A DNA stretch of 64,000 nucleotides from an uncultured delta proteobacterium (GTDB lineage: Bacteria; Desulfobacterota; Syntrophobacteria; BM002). The stretch lies in NCBI GenBank assembly GCA_963712115.1, contig CAVQGX010000007.1:1-64000 (forward strand), read 5' to 3'. This document shows, one piece after another, positions 58,885 to 64,000 of this stretch. The notes under the pieces are model-generated. The model searched no databases. It was not told the DNA's origin and saw nothing but the letters and a program-made list of their open reading frames with translations. Numbering within the stretch: position 1 is the stretch's first letter; every line of letters starts with the position of its first letter. The position numbers and the translations under genes are program-made.

Positions 58885-59721
58885 ATGTTTGTAGATACCC
58901 ATTGTCATCTTGACTTTGATGATTTTGCCAAAGATCGAGGAGATATTCTGGCTCGAGCGAAGCGGGCCGGCGTCCAGCAAATGGTCACCATAGGAATCGA
59001 TCTTCCCTCCTCCAGGCGAGCCATCGCACTGGCTGAGAACAATGGAGAGATTTACGCCACAGTAGGAATCCATCCCCATGATGCCAAGGTTCTTTCTCCT
59101 GAGGACATCCAGGAGTTGCTCAGCCTAGGAAGTAAATCACAAGTTGTAGCTTACGGCGAGATTGGCCTAGATTTCTTCCGCAATTATCAAGCGCAATCTG
59201 TGCAAGTCGCTTGCATGGAGGAGCAACTTAATTTGGCCCATCAATTAGGATTGCCCGTGGTCATTCATGATCGCGAGGCTCACCAAGAGATCTTCCAGAT
59301 CTTGCAGGAAAATAAGGTCTGGGAAATAGGTGGAGCCATGCATTGCTTTTCTGGCGACTGGTCCTTTGCGAAAAAATGTTTAGATCTCGGCTTGTACCTC
59401 TCCATAGCAGGACCCGTTACCTTCGATAAATCACAAATTCTGCAGGAGCTGGCCCAAAATTGTCCACTTGACCGGTTACTTATTGAGACCGACGCCCCTT
59501 TTCTGGCTCCAGTACCCAAACGTGGCAAAAGGAACGAACCCGCTTTTGTAGTTTACACGGCAGAAAAAATCGCATCTTTGAGGAAACTCCCCTTGGAGGA
59601 CGTAGCCAGACAGACCAGTTTAAACGCCCGACAGCTCTTCAGGCTGCCAACTCCGGAACCATTTAGAGTAGGAAAAATTGTAACCACAGAGGACACAGAG
59701 ATTACAGAGCATAGGAGTTAG
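58885..59721 (+). CDS. tatD: TatD family DNase
   Basis: DTHCH, GIHPH, GEIGLD, IHDRE, HCF, ETDAP. Confidence 0.95.
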   Translation: MFVDTHCHLDFDDFAKDRGDILARAKRAGVQQMVTIGIDLPSSRRAIALAENNGEIYATVGIHPHDAKVLSPEDIQELLSLGSKSQVVAYGEIGLDFFRNYQAQSVQVACMEEQLNLAHQLGLPVVIHDREAHQEIFQILQENKVWEIGGAMHCFSGDWSFAKKCLDLGLYLSIAGPVTFDKSQILQELAQNCPLDRLLIETDAPFLAPVPKRGKRNEPAFVVYTAEKIASLRKLPLEDVARQTSLNARQLFRLPTPEPFRVGKIVTTEDTEITEHRS

Positions 59722-59948
59722 CTCTAAATTCGAAATCCTAAATTCTCCTTCGGAGTCCCCACCCTGCGGGCGGGGTCCCGGTTTCGAAGCACAAAACAAA
59801 TTAGGGAATTAAGGTTAGAATTGAGGAATTAAGAGATTAGGCTTCGTTCTTTTTTCAATCCCTGAATTCCTGAATCCCTAAATTCCTTAATCTGTGCATT
59901 TCGATATTCGGATTTCGGATTTATTCTTTCCCATGATTTTTGTGGTTT
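59682..59948. repeat. Multi-level nested palindromic element
   Basis: 9-mer arms enclose 7-mer arms (with mini hairpins), which enclose 8-mer arms. Confidence 0.8.
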
Positions 59949-60000
59949 AATCTTTTCCTCCTCTCAATTGCGAGCCGGCGAATTCGTGCCACCGGTTAAA

Positions 60001-60600
60001 ATGACTGAAAAACACAAGAAAGGAGATTTTATTCTAGCATCGGCTTCGCCGCGGCGCCGAGAACTTTTGGCACAACTTGGACTCTCTTTTATCGTGGTTC
60101 CCAGCAAGCTCCAAGAGATCAACCAAAGTGGGATGAAGCCACATGTGCACGCCACTTACTTTGCTGAGGCCAAGGCCAAAGAGGTGGCTAACCACCACCC
60201 GCATCAGTGGGTTTTGGGGGCAGACACCATTGTTGTACTTGGCCAAGAAATCTTGGGAAAACCAGCAGACTTCACCGAGGCCTCCTCCATGCTCTCTCGA
60301 CTGGGCGGACAAAGCCATGGCGTTATTACCTCCATTTGTCTTGCACACGCAAGTATGGAAGTTTTGGAAAGCGAGTGGGTTGAAACCAAGGTCTTCATGA
60401 GAAGCCTCAGTGGGGAGGATATCGAGGGTTATATAAGAACTGGTGAACCCATGGACAAAGCTGGTGCTTATGGCATCCAGGGCATAGGTGGTTGTCTGGT
60501 CCAGCGGATAGAGGGCTCTTACTCCAATGTGGTAGGACTGCCTCTGTGCGAGACCTTGGAGTTGTTACGTCGCCATGGGGTAGCCAACCCTTTCAAATAG
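60001..60600 (+). CDS. maf: Maf/YhdE nucleoside triphosphate pyrophosphatase
   Basis: ILASASPRRRELL, GADT, LGKP, DKAGAYGIQG, NVVGLP. Confidence 0.95.
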   Translation: MTEKHKKGDFILASASPRRRELLAQLGLSFIVVPSKLQEINQSGMKPHVHATYFAEAKAKEVANHHPHQWVLGADTIVVLGQEILGKPADFTEASSMLSRLGGQSHGVITSICLAHASMEVLESEWVETKVFMRSLSGEDIEGYIRTGEPMDKAGAYGIQGIGGCLVQRIEGSYSNVVGLPLCETLELLRRHGVANPFK

Positions 60601-60625
60601 GTGGCAATGCTTCGAGGGGTGTATA

Positions 60626-60854
60626 AAATCACAGAGATCACTGAGCAGATGAGCTACCATAAAATTCGAAATCCTAAATTCTCCTTCGAGAGCTCACGAA
60701 CCTGACAGACATAATCCTAATTTCGAATTCTCCAATGCTCAAAACAAAAACCAATAAATTAGTGGTTTGTTAGTTTTTGTCATTTGGATTTTGAAAATTT
60801 GAATTTGTTTAGGATTTCGATATTCGGATTTCGGATTTGCTCTCCTCTGTGGTT
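60626..60854. repeat. Nested palindromic element (9-mer arms around 7-mer arms)
   Basis: AATCACAGAG ... CTCTGTGGTT; inner AAATTCGAAATCCTAAATT...TTTCGATATTCGGATTTCGGATTT shared with the 59682 element. Confidence 0.8.
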
Positions 60855-60886
60855 TCAATTTTCGGCCGTTGCAAGTAGAGGACTCT

Positions 60887-61576
60887 ATGGGGTCAATTGC
60901 GGACAATCTTGCCCGAGTGAAGGAGAGAATGGCGGAGGCCGCCATACGTTCGGGCCGCACGCCGGATTCGGTCAAACTTGTAGGTGTTACTAAGACCGTA
61001 GATGTGGTCCGGATTAAACAAGCAGTCTCTGCAGGTTTACAGACACTAGGGGAAAACTACGTCCAAGAAGCCCGGAATAAAATCAAGGAGGTCGGGAGCG
61101 AAGCAAGTTGGCATTTCGTAGGACGATTGCAGACAAACAAAGCAAAATATGCAGTGAAGCTTTTCGACCTGATTCAAACCGTTGATTCAATTAAGCTGGC
61201 AAAGGAACTGAACCATCGTGCCCAACCATTGGGCCGGACAATTCCCATCATCATACAGGTAAATCTAGCCAGCGAATTTACTAAAGGAGGAGTGGAGCCG
61301 TCAGAATGTCTCTCCCTAATCAAAAAAATCTCCGCCCTGGAAAATCTGCAGATCCGTGGACTTATGACCATGCCCCCATTCTTCGATCAAGCTGAGCGAG
61401 CCAGACCTTATTTTTCCCAGCTGAGAGAATTGAGTCAAGAAATAGCCCAGGCCCAAGTGGTTGGAGTTGAAATGAATGAATTGTCCATGGGCATGTCTGG
61501 CGATTTTGAAACGGCTATCGAGGAAGGGGCAACCATGATTAGGGTGGGAACTGCTATTTTTGGGGAGCGGCTGTAA
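60887..61576 (+). CDS. yggS: PLP homeostasis protein (YggS/PLPBP)
   Basis: VTKT, GENYVQE, WHFVGRLQTNK, GLMTM, LSMGMS, IRVGTAIFG. Confidence 0.95.
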   Translation: MGSIADNLARVKERMAEAAIRSGRTPDSVKLVGVTKTVDVVRIKQAVSAGLQTLGENYVQEARNKIKEVGSEASWHFVGRLQTNKAKYAVKLFDLIQTVDSIKLAKELNHRAQPLGRTIPIIIQVNLASEFTKGGVEPSECLSLIKKISALENLQIRGLMTMPPFFDQAERARPYFSQLRELSQEIAQAQVVGVEMNELSMGMSGDFETAIEEGATMIRVGTAIFGERL

Positions 61577-62306
61577 GCCTCTGACGCATGGTCTCATACA
61601 AAGCCATAGCGCCTGCTGCCGCTGCATTTAAAGAATCCAATCTCCCTCGCTGGGGAATTGAAGCGTGCAAATCGCAGGTCCGTTTTATTAGTGGTCGGAT
61701 ACCTTTAGCCTCCCCCCCTATTACCAAAGCGATGGGCTGGCAGAGATCTAGTTTATAGATGGGTTGATCCCCTTCCATGGTCAAACCCACCACCCATATT
61801 CCCTTTTCCTTCAATAGCTCCAATGTTCGCCTCAGGTTAGTGACCCGGGCAACCTTAGAATGCTCAAGCGCACCTGCAGAGGCTTTGGCCACCGCTGCTG
61901 TTAGGGGCGCAGCACGATCTTTGGGCACCACCACTCCGTGAGCTCCGCAAACATAAGCCGTGCGAATCAAAGCGCCCAGATTTTGAGGGTCTTCGATTCC
62001 GTCCAGCACTACAACCAGGGCTGGGCCTTCATGCAGGGAGACTTCCAGAATGGTCTCCACCTCCACATAATCATAGGGGGAGAGGAATGCTATGATCCCC
62101 TGGTGACTGGTAGTCCCTGCCCTGGCTTCCAAGAGTTGACGATCGGAGGTTCGGACCTTAATGCCAAGCCCCCGCGCCTGGATGAGGATCTTGTGGACCG
62201 TGGCGCTAGATCCTCTTCGACTTACCCAGATCTCTCTAATCTTATGGCCACGGCTAGCCAGTGCTTCCCGGATTGGATTGGTACCGTAAAGGATCTCGTC
62301 TGCCAT
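61554..62306 (-). CDS. rlmB: 23S rRNA Gm2251 methyltransferase
   Basis: HQG, LDGIEDPQNLGALIRTA, KASAGA, SLN; 3' end overlaps yggS convergently. Confidence 0.93.
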   Translation of the reverse strand: MADEILYGTNPIREALASRGHKIREIWVSRRGSSATVHKILIQARGLGIKVRTSDRQLLEARAGTTSHQGIIAFLSPYDYVEVETILEVSLHEGPALVVVLDGIEDPQNLGALIRTAYVCGAHGVVVPKDRAAPLTAAVAKASAGALEHSKVARVTNLRRTLELLKEKGIWVVGLTMEGDQPIYKLDLCQPIALVIGGEAKGIRPLIKRTCDLHASIPQRGRLDSLNAAAAGAMALYETMRQRLTAAPQK

Positions 62307-62411
62307 GGGAGGGGCTATTTTTGTAGTCAACGAGTGTTTTGGCCTCAGATTTCGGGTTTCAGCTTTCAGGGCTTTAGGTCTTAGTAATCCAAAACCTCGG
62401 TGGTTTGTTGT

Positions 62412-63026
62412 TCATTCTGGTTGCAAAAGATCTCTGACCCGCGGCAAAACAACCTGTCGACGGTAACGGGCAGCCAAGACGACAGCCTTCAGAGCCTCTG
62501 CCGCCTCATCGAGAACGTCGTTGATTATCAGATAGTCATACCAAGAGGCTTCCAAAAGCTCTCCCATGGCGTTCTCCAGCCTGGCCTCTATGTCCTCTCC
62601 TTGTTCGGTACCCCTCTCCAGAAGTCTTTTTTCCAGAGTCTCACGGTCGGGTGGCAAGACGAAAATGAAGCAAGCTTGGGGAAAATGGGCTTTGACCTGA
62701 CGAGCACCCTGAACGTCAATTTCCAGAAGCACATCCCCGTTTTCCTTCAGTTGCCTCTCTAGCTGATTCACCGAGGTGCCATAATAGTTGCCGTGAACGA
62801 AAGCCCATTCCAAGAAAGCACCCGCTTCCCTCATGGCAAAAAAACTTTCCTCTGATACAAAGTGATAGTCCTTGCCCTCACTCTCTCCATGGCGCGGCGG
62901 TCTTGTGGTGTACGAGATCGAGTATGCGAGTTGAGGGAATTCCTTCCGCACATTTTCGCGCAAACTCGATTTTCCCACCCCTGATGGTCCGGATAGCACG
63001 AAGAGTTGTCCGCTGGACTCCATCAC
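62412..63026 (-). CDS. gmk: Guanylate kinase
   Basis: [31 protein letters not shown]. Confidence 0.96.
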   Translation of the reverse strand: MMESSGQLFVLSGPSGVGKSSLRENVRKEFPQLAYSISYTTRPPRHGESEGKDYHFVSEESFFAMREAGAFLEWAFVHGNYYGTSVNQLERQLKENGDVLLEIDVQGARQVKAHFPQACFIFVLPPDRETLEKRLLERGTEQGEDIEARLENAMGELLEASWYDYLIINDVLDEAAEALKAVVLAARYRRQVVLPRVRDLLQPE

Positions 63027-63295
63027 TTTTTGCTATCGCCGTCCTTGCCGAGTGAATCAGCCATAAACCGTTGGGCAATTGTCTCAGCCTGCACCCCGGA
63101 CAATATGACATGATTGCTGTCGGTAATAATGATTGCCCGAGTACGGCGGCCCATGGTGGCATCAATAAGTTTCTTGGCCATCTTGGCATCTTCTTTCAAA
63201 CGCTTCATTGGTGCAGATCCTGGGGAAACGATTGCAACCACCCGATCTGCCACCACCGTATTGCCAAAGCCGATGTTTAAAAGCTTTCCATCCAT
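63023..63295 (-). CDS. remA: DUF370 / RemA-family protein
   Basis: [31 protein letters not shown]. Confidence 0.9.
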   Translation of the reverse strand: MDGKLLNIGFGNTVVADRVVAIVSPGSAPMKRLKEDAKMAKKLIDATMGRRTRAIIITDSNHVILSGVQAETIAQRFMADSLGKDGDSKK

Positions 63296-63368
63296 TTCAA
63301 CCCCACCTTCTGGAAAATGGCTCCCTGAACCGATTGCCTCAGTAAATTAATTTAACTTGACCTGCAGC

Positions 63369-64000
63369 TTATTCGACGTTCTGTAACTGTTCTCGAAACC
63401 TTTCAAGCTCCGTTTTCATCTGGATCACTTTTTGCCCAATCTCCACATCATTAGCCTTGGAGCCTATGGTGTTGATCTCACGGTGCATCTCCTGCAGGAG
63501 AAACTCCAACTGGCGCCCGCGGGGCCCGCTGGCCTTGAGTAAGGCCCTGAACTGCTGTACATGGCTTTTAAAGCGTATCAACTCTTCGGTGATGTCGCTC
63601 TTTTCCGCCAAAATGGCAACCTCCTGAGCCAAGCGGGACTCATCCAGCTCCCCTTGGCCAAGAAGTTCCGCAATCCGCTTCTGTAATCGGTCGCGCACAT
63701 CCAGAACAACAATAGGCGTCCGGCTTTCAACCTCACTGCCAAGGGTCTCCAGTTGATTCAACCGTTCATTGAAATCGGTCTGAATGGCGGAGCCCTCCTC
63801 CCTTCTCATCTTAATGCACTCTTTCACGCTCTGATCAAGAGCCTCTTCAATTAATTTCCATGCTTGTCCGCGACTCTCCTCATCTTCTTTAAAAACAAAG
63901 ATGTCCCGAAAATGCAAAAGTGTATCCAAGCGCAGATCGGCCTCAAGGCCCAATTTATCTCGAAGATCGAAAAGTAACCTTTTGTAAGTCTCAGCCAACT
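63369..64000 (-). CDS. yicC: YicC/YloC endoribonuclease; 5' part outside the window
   Basis: DITEELIR, GRQLEFLLQEMHREINTIGSKA, EQLQNVE. Confidence 0.93.
   Translation of the reverse strand, partial: LAETYKRLLFDLRDKLGLEADLRLDTLLHFRDIFVFKEDEESRGQAWKLIEEALDQSVKECIKMRREEGSAIQTDFNERLNQLETLGSEVESRTPIVVLDVRDRLQKRIAELLGQGELDESRLAQEVAILAEKSDITEELIRFKSHVQQFRALLKASGPRGRQLEFLLQEMHREINTIGSKANDVEIGQKVIQMKTELERFREQLQNVE

Noticed and set aside
61554-61576. Convergent overlap of yggS and rlmB 3' ends
   Set aside because: Short tail-to-tail overlaps are common; no sign of special function.

Overview
Ordinary chromosomal DNA from a bacterium whose gene content suggests an anaerobic Desulfobacterota/deltaproteobacterium (inferred, not proven). 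Most genes are on the minus strand. The left half is an aromatic-amino-acid region: a TPR gene, paaK, an ACT protein and a livKHMGF-type transporter; an archaeal-type shikimate operon (aroA'-aroB'-chorismate mutase-aroD-aroE-aroA-tyrA, with no prephenate dehydratase); and trpEGDCFBA. Each of these three units is preceded by a leader-peptide attenuator missed by the ORF track: Phe-rich (8556-8636), Phe/Tyr-rich (22208-22288) and Trp-rich (30244-30336). The Phe and Trp leaders each end in two tandem terminators. The right half holds housekeeping and accessory genes, including archaeal-type thyA, acpP/TetR, a ParB-domain + SPL-like radical SAM pair, purC, pycB, nfeD/slipin, UDG, coaBC, tatD-maf-yggS, rlmB, gmk, remA and yicC. 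Many intergenic gaps hold palindromic repeats of three kinds: nested 7/8/9-mer periodic elements, tiny GC hairpins inserted into them, and 170-200 bp hairpins sharing an apical CGTAC..GTACGCCTC motif. I found no tRNA, rRNA, CRISPR array or transposase.
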